Of a DNA stretch of 64,000 nt, positions 46,637-55,848 are shown in pieces (positions within the stretch are counted from its first letter, which is position 1; each line of letters begins with the position of its first letter). The stretch is from assembly GCA_017429505.1 (NCBI GenBank), contig JAFROW010000009.1, positions 103,337-167,336 on the forward strand. The letters run 5' to 3'. The stretch comes from Clostridia bacterium (GTDB taxonomy: Bacteria > Bacillota > Clostridia > TANB77 > CAG-508). The translations under genes were made by a program, and so were the position numbers. The notes under the pieces were generated by a model, which worked only from the letters and a program-made list of their open reading frames with translations, was not told where the DNA came from and did no database searches.

Positions 46637-47575
46637 TTATTTGTTCCATACAATATTCTGTGAATTATTATTCAATATTGAAATTGTATTACTACACCAT
46701 AAAGCAACTAATCTATCTATAGATTCCTTTGTATAAAATGAATAAGGTGCTGTTGCCATAACATTGCCTTTATAATCATTTAATGTCTTATCATCATATA
46801 TTTCAAAAGCATAACTAATTTCATCTTTTTCTGCTCTTGCTAATATTAATTCATGATTATATATTTCAACAGGATTTATAATAATGTTTATTAAGCTGTT
46901 TCCTCTCATCATTTTTATTCTATCATCAGTAATAATTTTTCTAGTTTCATCATTTGTGGCAAATGTAGGAATAATATAATCTGCATTCTTAAAAATTTCA
47001 TCTATTTCAACTCTTTTATAATTGTTTTCTTTTTGATTTTTACTCCAATAAATAACATTCATTCCTAAATTATCGCAAAGTTCTGCAACTCTTGTTCCAA
47101 TAGTTCCTAATCCTATAATTCCAACTATTTTACCTTTAATCTCGGTATTTAACATCTCGTGATTATATTCCATTTTGTAATTTGTCTTTATTTGAATTGG
47201 TAACTTCTTTGCTAAGCACATTAATAGAAATACCGCATACTCAGCAACTGAATCTGTAGAATACTTTGGTGTATGTGTAACTATTATTCCATTATCTTTA
47301 CAATATTGCCAGTCTATCCAATCAAATGCAGTAGTATTAATACATATTGCTTTTAAGTTCTTTATTTTCTTTATATGTTCTTCCCTTAAATTCCACTTAT
47401 ACCATTCTGGATCTGCCATTAAAATTTTATCTTCATTATCTTTTAGATATTCTGCTTCTTCTAGGTTAAAGTAATTTTCTAAAAATATTATATTTCCATA
47501 TTGACTTAAATCATTAATTTGGTTTTCTGTAAAAAAATTCTTTTCATACGTTATATAAATATTCATAACATTCAC
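46637..47575 (-). CDS. D-isomer specific 2-hydroxyacid dehydrogenase family protein
   Basis: The NAD-binding motif is GKIVGIIGLGTIGTRVAE. Domain order and length (312 aa) fit the family. Confidence 0.75.
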   Translation of the reverse strand: MNVMNIYITYEKNFFTENQINDLSQYGNIIFLENYFNLEEAEYLKDNEDKILMADPEWYKWNLREEHIKKIKNLKAICINTTAFDWIDWQYCKDNGIIVTHTPKYSTDSVAEYAVFLLMCLAKKLPIQIKTNYKMEYNHEMLNTEIKGKIVGIIGLGTIGTRVAELCDNLGMNVIYWSKNQKENNYKRVEIDEIFKNADYIIPTFATNDETRKIITDDRIKMMRGNSLINIIINPVEIYNHELILARAEKDEISYAFEIYDDKTLNDYKGNVMATAPYSFYTKESIDRLVALWCSNTISILNNNSQNIVWNK

Positions 47576-47660
47576 CTCTGTTTATTTATTCATTATTAAT
47601 GTCAAAAAAATTATATCATTTCGTTCTGCTTTTTCAAGATTATTCCACATCCAGATAGTG

Positions 47661-48812
47661 TCAATTTATTTCGGGTAATTTTCCAATATAACTTTGCGTA
47701 ATACTAGTATTCGTTGTACCATCTTCATTCTTAAAGTCCCAATTTCTATTTAAAATATTAGTTTCATTCCATTTACCCATAGACCAATATTTGTGTTTGC
47801 CAACAAATAAGACTTTATATTCTTTTTTAGCAAATACTTCTATTTCATCATAGTTTTCTTGTATAAATCTATTTAGTTTTCTTATAATTTCTAATTTTTC
47901 TCCTTCTTCATTTTCAATAGCATATTCGTGTGGAGCAAAGTTTGTGTAGGTTTTAGCATATCTATACTCTAATAAATTAGCCACTTTTTCAAAATCAGTT
48001 TTATTCTTTATTTCTATATCTTTCAATTTTGATATCTCATTACTTGATATTTGTTTTTCAACTTTTTCCTTACTTAATAAATCTTTTCTTTCAGTTTCTT
48101 TATTAACATTCAATTTCAAAAAATGCTTTGCCCATTCTTCTGTTCTTTTTCTGTTATCCCATAATGATTTATCACTATGATTTCTATCATACTCTAGTTT
48201 TCTGATAAGTGCATCTGATTTTATTACTTCATACTTTATATCTATTGGAGCTTTTTTCGTATCTAAAATATTTTCACCATTTGCTGCTACTACTAATACT
48301 CTATGTAATTCCTCAAATTTTCTTTCAAATAAAAAGGTTTTAAATTTGCCTTGCATTTTCATCCAAATTTTTTTATACACTTCTCTTTGTGCACATACTT
48401 GTCTATATGGTGATTCCATTCCTTTTTTTATATTATGTCCTTTATATGTGTATTGTCTTATAAAATTTCCTCTTTCATCTAAAGTAATATTTCCAATTAG
48501 GTTTTTGCATTCTATAAAATAACAGCACCATGGAGTTACAACCACAAAATCTATTTGTGCTTTTAAATCTTCATATTCTATATTAATATCACGTAATACA
48601 TACATTCCAATATTTGCTTTTTTTAGTTGATATGCTATTTCATTTTCGCCTTTTAATCCTTTTTTAGCTATATATAACTCTTGTTGCAATTGTTCATTTT
48701 TTGAATTTTTCTCTAATAAATTTTCTAGCTCAATTACTCTTTTTTGTAAACTTGAATCTTCCTTTAAAAATATTGTATCTCTAAACTGTTCAAACATATC
48801 TAGTATTCCCAT
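47661..48812 (-). CDS. NERD (nuclease-related) domain protein with an uncharacterised C-terminal domain
   Basis: GENEIAYQLKKANIGMYVLRDINIEYEDLKAQIDFVVVTPWCCYFIECKNLIGNI is the NERD D...D...E-x-K pattern. I did not recognise the C-terminal 120 aa (YAKTYTNFAPHEYAI...). Confidence 0.65.
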   Translation of the reverse strand: MGILDMFEQFRDTIFLKEDSSLQKRVIELENLLEKNSKNEQLQQELYIAKKGLKGENEIAYQLKKANIGMYVLRDINIEYEDLKAQIDFVVVTPWCCYFIECKNLIGNITLDERGNFIRQYTYKGHNIKKGMESPYRQVCAQREVYKKIWMKMQGKFKTFLFERKFEELHRVLVVAANGENILDTKKAPIDIKYEVIKSDALIRKLEYDRNHSDKSLWDNRKRTEEWAKHFLKLNVNKETERKDLLSKEKVEKQISSNEISKLKDIEIKNKTDFEKVANLLEYRYAKTYTNFAPHEYAIENEEGEKLEIIRKLNRFIQENYDEIEVFAKKEYKVLFVGKHKYWSMGKWNETNILNRNWDFKNEDGTTNTSITQSYIGKLPEIN

Positions 48813-48845
48813 TTATTTCACATCCTTTGTCATATTATTTCATTT

Positions 48846-49742
48846 CTATTTCTTTTTTTCTGTGACTCCTCTAACATATTTATTTATATGTCTAACTTTT
48901 ATTTCAAATCCAAAGTCTATATTATCTCTTGGATAACAAAGAACATCTATCTTTAATACATCTTTTAATTTATATGTATGATAATCATAAAATCCTTTAT
49001 ACTCATCAAATGCTTCATATAAACTTAAACATTTGTCTCCATCGCTATCTTTAAAATCACTTCCCAAATAACCAACTTTATGCTTACCATTTAAAAATCT
49101 AACTCTTGCTTTTTTACCTACTACCTTGTGTAAGCCTTCTTCGTCAAGAAATAATATTTCTTCATCAAAATCGTCAAAAAATATATGTATTTCTTTTACT
49201 TCTTTTTCAGGAACAAATGGCATATATTCATTCTCAAATACTTTCAATATTTTTTTAATATTTGATTTTTTGGTCTTTTTAGCAAGTTTATTTAAATAAT
49301 TATAATCCACTATTATCATATCTGTTTCTAGCTCTGTATTTTCTTGTTTAGCTTCTTTCTCAATTTCTTTTACAGAATATGGCACATTTAAATCATCTAA
49401 TTCTTTTATTTGTTCTTTTGAAAGCTTACATTTTTGCCTTTTTATTTTACTCTCATATGGAATTGGTTTATTCTCTATCATGTATGCTTGTCTGATTATA
49501 TCTTTTATAGTCTTATCTTCATCGTTTAGTAAATAATGTATAAAGTTGATATTATTAAAATCACTAGTTATAATTGAAAGTATAGTTTCAATTTCTTTAT
49601 CAGTTGCTTTATGTTCTTTTAATAAATATATAGTATCGTAATATAGCTTCTCCGAATATTCGCTATATTCACGGCAAACATTATAGAAATAATCAATATT
49701 ATCTTCTATCTCTTGTATTCTCGACATTTTACTTTTTTCCAT
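48846..49742 (-). CDS. Hypothetical protein, first gene of the NERD operon
   Basis: It is a 298-aa ORF lying 33 nt upstream of the NERD gene on the same strand. No motif was recognised. Confidence 0.5.
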   Translation of the reverse strand: MEKSKMSRIQEIEDNIDYFYNVCREYSEYSEKLYYDTIYLLKEHKATDKEIETILSIITSDFNNINFIHYLLNDEDKTIKDIIRQAYMIENKPIPYESKIKRQKCKLSKEQIKELDDLNVPYSVKEIEKEAKQENTELETDMIIVDYNYLNKLAKKTKKSNIKKILKVFENEYMPFVPEKEVKEIHIFFDDFDEEILFLDEEGLHKVVGKKARVRFLNGKHKVGYLGSDFKDSDGDKCLSLYEAFDEYKGFYDYHTYKLKDVLKIDVLCYPRDNIDFGFEIKVRHINKYVRGVTEKKK

Positions 49743-49794
49743 TTAGAACCTCCTTATTCCCTCTCTTTATTTATAGATTTTTATTTTTTTGGAT

Positions 49795-49850
49795 TCGTTT
49801 TCCACAATTATATCACAAATTGTATATAAATAAAAATCTTTTTATTAAAT
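49795..49850 (-). repeat. Second copy of the promoter-like segment seen at 41183-41240
   Basis: TTCGTTTTCCACAATTATATCACA is identical over 24 nt, with similarity continuing for about 55 nt. On the minus strand it gives TGATATAAT upstream of the 298-aa gene. Confidence 0.55.
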
Positions 49851-50073
49851 TGACCTTCGGGCTATGAGGTCTAGTTGAGAGGTTTATGTAATTTAGTGAA
49901 ATCAAGGGTTTTAGCTGATTTATCAATGAAAATTGGGGAAATGAAATTTAGAACATTTGTGTGATTTTTTGTACTTTTTTGAGAATTTTTTCCCCAACTT
50001 TTCCCCAATTATTTTTAGCAAATATTGGAAATCAAAATGGGAAACCTGAAAATTTATTTTGGAGGTTTTGATT

Positions 50074-50430
50074 ATGAATAAAATTACTTATCACAAAGAA
50101 GGAGATTATTTGATTCCTGATTTAATTATGGATAATTCTTGTGAGGATTATCATATTGGAAAATATGGCAGATTAAGGTTAAATTATATTAAAAATTATA
50201 AAAGAGGCTTATATACCGAATTAATGATAAATGGAACACTATCTAAACATCTTGCTGATATTGAAAATGCAGCTAATGAAAGAATTTGTTTAATAGTTAA
50301 ACAATTAGCTGAATCAGAAAATGTTAATGAAGATTTAAAAAGCAATAATCAACTTGCTTGGGTTCAAGCTATGAATAACATTAAAAATCGTGCTGAAGAA
50401 ATTGCTTATAATGAGATTATTTATGTGTAG
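50074..50430 (+). CDS. TnpV-like transposon-associated protein
   Basis: ITYHKEGDYLIPDL...GKYGRLRLNYIKNYKRGLYTELMINGTL..HL..I...A...QLAWVQAMNNIKNRAEEI..NEIIY matches the TnpV family (Tn4451) as I remember it. The ATG at 50074 follows a GGAGG RBS. Confidence 0.6.
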   Translation: MNKITYHKEGDYLIPDLIMDNSCEDYHIGKYGRLRLNYIKNYKRGLYTELMINGTLSKHLADIENAANERICLIVKQLAESENVNEDLKSNNQLAWVQAMNNIKNRAEEIAYNEIIYV

Positions 50431-50444
50431 GAGGATTCAAAGAT

Positions 50445-50735
50445 ATGAGTTTTAGAGAAGTTAATGATGATATTTTAAAAGAGATTTGGGAATATAGAGA
50501 TCAAACTGAATTTGCATACTTAACTAAAGAAGATAAAAAACATATGATTTATTTTGATGAGATTACAGATAAAATTTTAAACAGCATTCCTAAACAAAAT
50601 AGGAAATTTGTTCAAAAACAACTTAATAAACTTGATGATAATTTTTCTGATTATGTTGGATATTGGAGTGAAAAATATTATAGAAACGGATTTTGTGATG
50701 GAGCTGAAATGATTATTGGATGTTTAGAGAAATAA
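50445..50735 (+). CDS. 96-aa conserved hypothetical protein coupled to the TnpV-like gene
   Basis: An AGGAGG RBS is present. By eye it is almost 90 percent identical to the product of 55849-56139. No motif was recognised. Confidence 0.6.
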   Translation: MSFREVNDDILKEIWEYRDQTEFAYLTKEDKKHMIYFDEITDKILNSIPKQNRKFVQKQLNKLDDNFSDYVGYWSEKYYRNGFCDGAEMIIGCLEK

Positions 50736-50751
50736 TCATTTAAAATAAATG

Positions 50752-50793
50752 GTGGGATTTTTGAGAATTTATCAATTTTCTCAAAAATCCCAC
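50752..50793. terminator. Bidirectional terminator hairpin
   Basis: GTGGGATTTTTGAGAA (50752-50767) pairs with TTCTCAAAAATCCCAC (50778-50793), between convergent genes. Confidence 0.7.
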
Positions 50794-50807
50794 TACTTTT
50801 TAAATAA

Positions 50808-51611
50808 TTATTCTATTTCAATTATTCCTAAATCAACAAAAGATATCAATAATAAACTGAGCATATATCGGTTATTTAATGATTGTTCATAATTAAAAAT
50901 ATCTGTATTAAATTCTCTAGTATTATCTAAATTGATTTCCTTTACATTAATCTTTTCTAAAGAATTTATTAATTCCAAAAAAGCATTTGATAATGTATCA
51001 ATTGACATTTTATTATTTAAATATTTTTTATCATCAATATATTCCTTTAATTTTTTATTTTCAAAATCAAACCTTTTATCAAAATTACTCATATCATTTT
51101 CAAAATTAGAAATTATAAATGTTTCAATTGCTGGATAACTTAACAATAACATTCCACCAATACTATTAAATTTGTTTTCAACATCATCATTTGGCTCTCT
51201 AGAATTTGTATAATGTTCTGTTAATTCTTTTATTATGTTGGTATCTTCTTTTCTATCCGCATCAAAAACATAATATATTGCACTATTTCTATATTCGTAA
51301 TCTAAACCACTATCCCTTAACAACTCAATTTGTTTATCTATAAACTCTGTATTGTTAATAGTATCAATATTACTAGTTTCAGAATTTATAATTACAACTT
51401 GTGAATAAACATTATCTCTTTTAGAAAATTGTCTATATTTCTTTTTTCCATTTCTGTTTAAGCTTATAACTTCTTCATATCCTAGAATATTTAAAAATAT
51501 ATTTGCAATTAAATTAATTTCTCTAGTTGCCCCTTCTACAATATATAAAACTTTTCCAATATTCTTATCTTGATTAAATTTAAATTTCTTATTTAATATT
51601 TGGTAATCCAT
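50808..51611 (-). CDS. TOPRIM-like (DUF4435/RloB class) putative nuclease partner of the ABC ATPase
   Basis: VLYIVEGATRE is an EG-type TOPRIM Glu. YYVFDADRKED is DxD-like, and LLLSYPAIETFI is also present. The ATG at 51611 has a GGAG RBS and overlaps the end of the ATPase gene by 23 nt. Confidence 0.55.
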   Translation of the reverse strand: MDYQILNKKFKFNQDKNIGKVLYIVEGATREINLIANIFLNILGYEEVISLNRNGKKKYRQFSKRDNVYSQVVIINSETSNIDTINNTEFIDKQIELLRDSGLDYEYRNSAIYYVFDADRKEDTNIIKELTEHYTNSREPNDDVENKFNSIGGMLLLSYPAIETFIISNFENDMSNFDKRFDFENKKLKEYIDDKKYLNNKMSIDTLSNAFLELINSLEKINVKEINLDNTREFNTDIFNYEQSLNNRYMLSLLLISFVDLGIIEIE

Positions 51612-52725
51612 TAAACACTCCACTTAAATACATTTTTTCTAAATTTTGAGCTTCTCTTGGTTTACTATCAGACACTCTGTATAGCTTACTTCCTTTTCCA
51701 ATAATATAATCTACTGTATAAATTTGGTCTGGTCTTAATAATGTATTGGTTAATAAATTAGTTGAATGTGATACAATAAACATTTGAGATTTTTCTGATT
51801 TTTCCATAAAATATTTAATTATTTTTTCTTCTAATTGATTATGAAACGCACTACTAAATTCATCTATTATTACCATGCAGTTCTTCTTTATAGCTTGTAA
51901 AATTTGTGGTAATACTTCGACCAAAGTTTGATTTCCCAAAGATTCTAGTGTCATTGGCAAACCTATATCCATATCTTTTCTCAATATAATTACTTCTTTT
52001 CTATTTTGAAAATTGAATTGCATTAATTTATTTTTATATCCACTAACATAATCAACTGTTTGATTATAATTAATTAATTTTAAGAATTCATTAAATTCTT
52101 CTTTTCCATTATTTTCAAAATAATTTCTTGTTAATTTATCTTGATTTGCACATAATACAAATTTATTTGCCTGATCAATATAAACAGAATCTTTTAAAAA
52201 GTCAAACCATTCTTGTAATACATCATTATCAATGAATCTGTTTTCAAAATATACTGCTCTTAATGCTGATTGATTTTTTTGAACATTATCAATCTGCATT
52301 TTTTTGCCTTCCTTATTTGTATATTCTCCATTACTATTAATTCTAACTAAAATTTGTTTACCATCTTGCGTTAATTCTTCTTTTAATATAGTACTATTAT
52401 CTGTTTCAATTGCATATTTAATATATGACTCTTTTATTTTAAATTCATATATTAATTCCATTCTTTCTTTCAAATCAGAATAAAAACTCTTATATTCAAA
52501 TAATTGAACATCTGCTTGCCATACTAATAATTCTAATAAAAATCTAATTGCTCTAATTACGTTCGTTTTTCCCGTTGCATTTCCACCTACAAATATTGCT
52601 CCTTTTAAAATATTATCACTTGTTTTATTTTCATTTGACAATATTTCATATCCAGTTGCATTTAAATCAATCTCAGTTTTATCAACAAATGATTTAAAAT
52701 TTTTCATAGATAATTTTACTAACAT
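51589..52725 (-). CDS. ABC-type (AAA_15/AAA_21-like) ATPase, AriA/AbiLi class
   Basis: Walker A is GGNATGKTN, Walker B/D-loop is MVIIDEFSSAFH and the H-loop is IVSHSTNLL. The N-terminus (LSMKNFKSF) is typical of SMC/ABC-like defence ATPases. Confidence 0.8.
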   Translation of the reverse strand: MLVKLSMKNFKSFVDKTEIDLNATGYEILSNENKTSDNILKGAIFVGGNATGKTNVIRAIRFLLELLVWQADVQLFEYKSFYSDLKERMELIYEFKIKESYIKYAIETDNSTILKEELTQDGKQILVRINSNGEYTNKEGKKMQIDNVQKNQSALRAVYFENRFIDNDVLQEWFDFLKDSVYIDQANKFVLCANQDKLTRNYFENNGKEEFNEFLKLINYNQTVDYVSGYKNKLMQFNFQNRKEVIILRKDMDIGLPMTLESLGNQTLVEVLPQILQAIKKNCMVIIDEFSSAFHNQLEEKIIKYFMEKSEKSQMFIVSHSTNLLTNTLLRPDQIYTVDYIIGKGSKLYRVSDSKPREAQNLEKMYLSGVFNGLPNIK

Positions 52726-52872
52726 AATAGTATCCTCCTTACTTTATTATATTTTATCATAAATAATAATAAAATGCAATTTTTTTACACATTTTTATTT
52801 TTATTGTGTAATTTTTTTACAGTTATAATATATTATGTATTAAAATAAAAAAATAATACTACTAATTTTAAT

Positions 52873-53640
52873 TTATTCAAATATACTTTCAAATTCTAGA
52901 GGCACAATATCCTCATATAATAGAACATATTGTGAATTAACTTGTCTATAATCATGATAATGTCCAAAATACCATTTTTTAAATTCACATTTTTTCATAA
53001 TGTTTTGAAAATAATCTGTTAAATAATCTTTTTCAAATTCTCCTGCTCCTAATATCGTTTGAATACTTGTAGGACAACAATGTGAAATAATATAATCAAC
53101 TTTATAATTTACTTTTTCTAAATTTTTTATTCCATTTTTCATTTCTTCTTCAGTTGGTAATTCTAAATCCCACCATGAATACTCTCTTATTCTAAAATAT
53201 GCTCCTCTTTTTCGATATTCATATATCCTTTCTTCTTCGTCAAGATTTAAAATTCCATCTTGAATATCGTGAGATTTTGCACCACCAAATACAAAGAATT
53301 TTTTACCATCAATATCAAATATTTCCCCACGCATTAAATGCAAAACGGAATCTCTAATTTTGTGTACTTTTCCTCCATGCCATTCTTCTACTAGATAATC
53401 ATTACATAATCTTGTAAAATTTTCATGATTTCCATCTACAAATAGTATCGTGAAGTTTTTACTATTTAACCAGTCTAATGCTTCTTTTTCGCGATGGCTC
53501 TCTTCTTCAAATGTCCATACTCCTCCAAAATCACCACATATTATTACGTAATCATTTTTTGTCATTTCAGATTGTATTGGAAATTGCTCTTCTGTAAATC
53601 TTGTGAAATCTGAATGTGTATCTCCTGTTATATAAATCAT
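52873..53640 (-). CDS. Calcineurin-like metallophosphoesterase
   Basis: IYITGDTHSD, ICGDFGG, VDGNHENF and GHYH are the ordered phosphoesterase metal-binding motifs. Confidence 0.85.
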   Translation of the reverse strand: MIYITGDTHSDFTRFTEEQFPIQSEMTKNDYVIICGDFGGVWTFEEESHREKEALDWLNSKNFTILFVDGNHENFTRLCNDYLVEEWHGGKVHKIRDSVLHLMRGEIFDIDGKKFFVFGGAKSHDIQDGILNLDEEERIYEYRKRGAYFRIREYSWWDLELPTEEEMKNGIKNLEKVNYKVDYIISHCCPTSIQTILGAGEFEKDYLTDYFQNIMKKCEFKKWYFGHYHDYRQVNSQYVLLYEDIVPLEFESIFE

Positions 53641-53655
53641 AGCTTACCTCCAATA

Positions 53656-54744
53656 TTATTTCTTTTCTTCCACCTTTTTCAATAATTCTTTTAAGCTAAT
53701 TGGCTTAAAACCTATCACATCAACTGAAACATTTATATGTAATTTTTCTGAATATAAATTTTCAGGATATTCCATTTCATTTGTTTTTGGATTTACTTTA
53801 TGTAATGGATTATTATGAATATGTCCATGAACATTCACATATCCATTAGGAATTTCTGTATCTTTTAAAGGCTTATGAGATAAAATTAGTCTTTCATTAT
53901 TTAGCTTTAATGGATTTTCAGGTATAAATCCAAATCCTACATTTCTGAAAAATTCTTTAGATTTTTTATCATGATTTCCTCTTATTAAAAACTTTTTTCC
54001 TTTTAATTTTGGTATCAATTCTTTCATATCACTTTCACTTGTTAATGCTACATCTCCTAAATGAAAAATAGTATCGAAATCAGTAACTGTATTATTCCAA
54101 TTTTCTATCAAAACTCTATTCATTTCTGCTACATCTTTAAATGGTCTATTGCAATATTTAATAATATTTTTATGATTAAAATGTGTATCTGAAATAAAAT
54201 ATGTTTTTGCATTTTTTAATCCCTTATAGTATTCAAATATATCAGTAACTTCTTTTCCATCAAACCATCTTTTGTAATCATCTTTTTCGTTTTCTTTCCA
54301 CCACTCAAATTTTTCTTTAATTTTATTTCTTATTTTGCTAGTATCTATATTTGAATTTTCTTCAATTGCAAACAATACATCTATATTGTAACTTCCGCAT
54401 ATTAAAAAATCATAGTTTTTTATTTCATCATATCCATACTTATCTTTAACCTTTTCTATTTTTTTATCGTAAGAAATATATAAATAATCATCTTTAAATA
54501 AATGATTCTCCTTTATATATGTATAATATAAATCTTTTACGCCTGATGTTTTTACAAATCCTGTCATATACCATATTGTTCTACTTCGGATCTCTGTATA
54601 ATCTTTTGGCAAATCTTCTTTTCTGATTTTTGTTGGATATCTACCTTTAGAATACAAGAATTCATTTTCTGTATCAATTGTGTTTCTCCAATTTTTTCTA
54701 TCAAATTTTCCTTTTGTATACCAATTAGAGTTTATTCTTGACAT
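53656..54744 (-). CDS. Two-domain protein: unknown N-terminal domain (about 180 aa) plus a C-terminal metallophosphoesterase
   Basis: The C-terminal half has FISDTHFNH, HLGDVAL, IRGNHDKK, LSHKP and VHGHIHNN. I recognised nothing in the N-terminal half. Confidence 0.8.
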   Translation of the reverse strand: MSRINSNWYTKGKFDRKNWRNTIDTENEFLYSKGRYPTKIRKEDLPKDYTEIRSRTIWYMTGFVKTSGVKDLYYTYIKENHLFKDDYLYISYDKKIEKVKDKYGYDEIKNYDFLICGSYNIDVLFAIEENSNIDTSKIRNKIKEKFEWWKENEKDDYKRWFDGKEVTDIFEYYKGLKNAKTYFISDTHFNHKNIIKYCNRPFKDVAEMNRVLIENWNNTVTDFDTIFHLGDVALTSESDMKELIPKLKGKKFLIRGNHDKKSKEFFRNVGFGFIPENPLKLNNERLILSHKPLKDTEIPNGYVNVHGHIHNNPLHKVNPKTNEMEYPENLYSEKLHINVSVDVIGFKPISLKELLKKVEEKK

Positions 54745-54854
54745 ATTGCTATTCCTCCTTTTTATAATAGTATTTGTTCTTTATTTTATCTTTTATGTTT
54801 GTTTATCGAACATAATATTGTAAAATATTAGGCAGATTTTTCTGCCTTAATTAA

Positions 54855-55166
54855 TTATTTATTTTCTAAATTTCTTTTAAAATCAATAAATTCCAGCACT
54901 TCTTTTTGCGATTTATTAGATAATTCATCAAATGTTCTTGAAAATTTTGCAATTCTTTTTTCTTTATCTTCTCCTGTATATAATTCTTCCATAGATAATC
55001 CATATATCTTTGAAAAAAAATATAATTCCTCTGCTGTAATTTTTCGCGTTCCATTCTCAATATTTGTTATTACTAAACGTCTTACTCCTAGCATTTTTGC
55101 TATCTCTTCTTGTGTAAATCTTGTTTGTTCTCTTAACTTTTTTAATCTTCTTCCTAAATTTTCCAT
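54855..55166 (-). CDS. XRE family helix-turn-helix transcriptional regulator
   Basis: LGRRLKKLREQTRFTQEEIAKMLGVRRLVITNIENGTRKITAEELYFFSKIYG is the canonical HTH_3 pattern. Confidence 0.85.
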   Translation of the reverse strand: MENLGRRLKKLREQTRFTQEEIAKMLGVRRLVITNIENGTRKITAEELYFFSKIYGLSMEELYTGEDKEKRIAKFSRTFDELSNKSQKEVLEFIDFKRNLENK

Positions 55167-55477
55167 AATTACTTTCCTTTACTTGATATAAGTAGTTTAT
55201 CATATAAAGTTTAAATTTGCAACATTTTTGTTTATTTTTTTAAATTTCATTTTTTAATAAACCTTCGGGTTATGAGAAGTTACTGTAATTTAGTGAAATT
55301 AAGAGTTTCGACTGATTTATCAATGAAAATTGGGGAAGATTATTTCGAACATTTGTGTCTTTTAAGGTCACTTTGTGAGAATTTCTTCATCAACTATTAC
55401 CCAATGAATTATACATAGCTTTTTAGAGGTTAGTTTTTGAAATAAAAACAACCAAAATTTATACAAGGAGGCTTACT

Positions 55478-55834
55478 ATGATTAATATAACTTATCACAA
55501 AGAAGGAGATTATTTAATTCCTGATTTGATTATGGAGAAATCCAATTCAACATGCAATGTTGGAAAATATGGGCATTTAAGAAATAACTTTTTAAAAGAA
55601 CATAAAAGAGGTTTATATACTGAATTAATGATTAATGGAACTTTGACTGATCATTTAATAGATATTGATAAAACTGCAACTGCAAGAGTTAATACTATAA
55701 TTAATAAACTTGCTAAAGCAGAAAATGTGAATGAAGATTTAAAAAGTCGTGAGCAACTTGCTTGGGTTCAAGCTATGAATAATATTAAAAACAGAGCTGA
55801 AGAAATTGTTTTTAATGAATTAATATATGTGTAG
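55478..55834 (+). CDS. TnpV-like transposon-associated protein (second copy)
   Basis: By eye about 70 percent identical to the 50074-50430 product. A GGAGG RBS is present. Confidence 0.6.
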   Translation: MINITYHKEGDYLIPDLIMEKSNSTCNVGKYGHLRNNFLKEHKRGLYTELMINGTLTDHLIDIDKTATARVNTIINKLAKAENVNEDLKSREQLAWVQAMNNIKNRAEEIVFNELIYV

Positions 55835-55848
55835 GAGGAGAAAAAAAG

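Larger units (their letters stand above)
49853..50735 (+). repeat. Copy 1 of a roughly 0.9-kb diverged direct repeat (conserved leader + TnpV-like + 96-aa genes)
   Basis: It aligns with 55261-56139 along its whole length. Shared noncoding blocks are ACCTTCGGG.TATGAG, GTAATTTAGTGAAAT.AAG.GTTT...CTGATTTATCAATGAAAATTGGGGAA and GAACATTTGTGT. Confidence 0.8.

Noticed and set aside
54866-55060. 64-aa ORF in an alternative frame within the XRE gene
   Set aside because: It is on the same strand, fully nested in the clear HTH gene, with no independent RBS.
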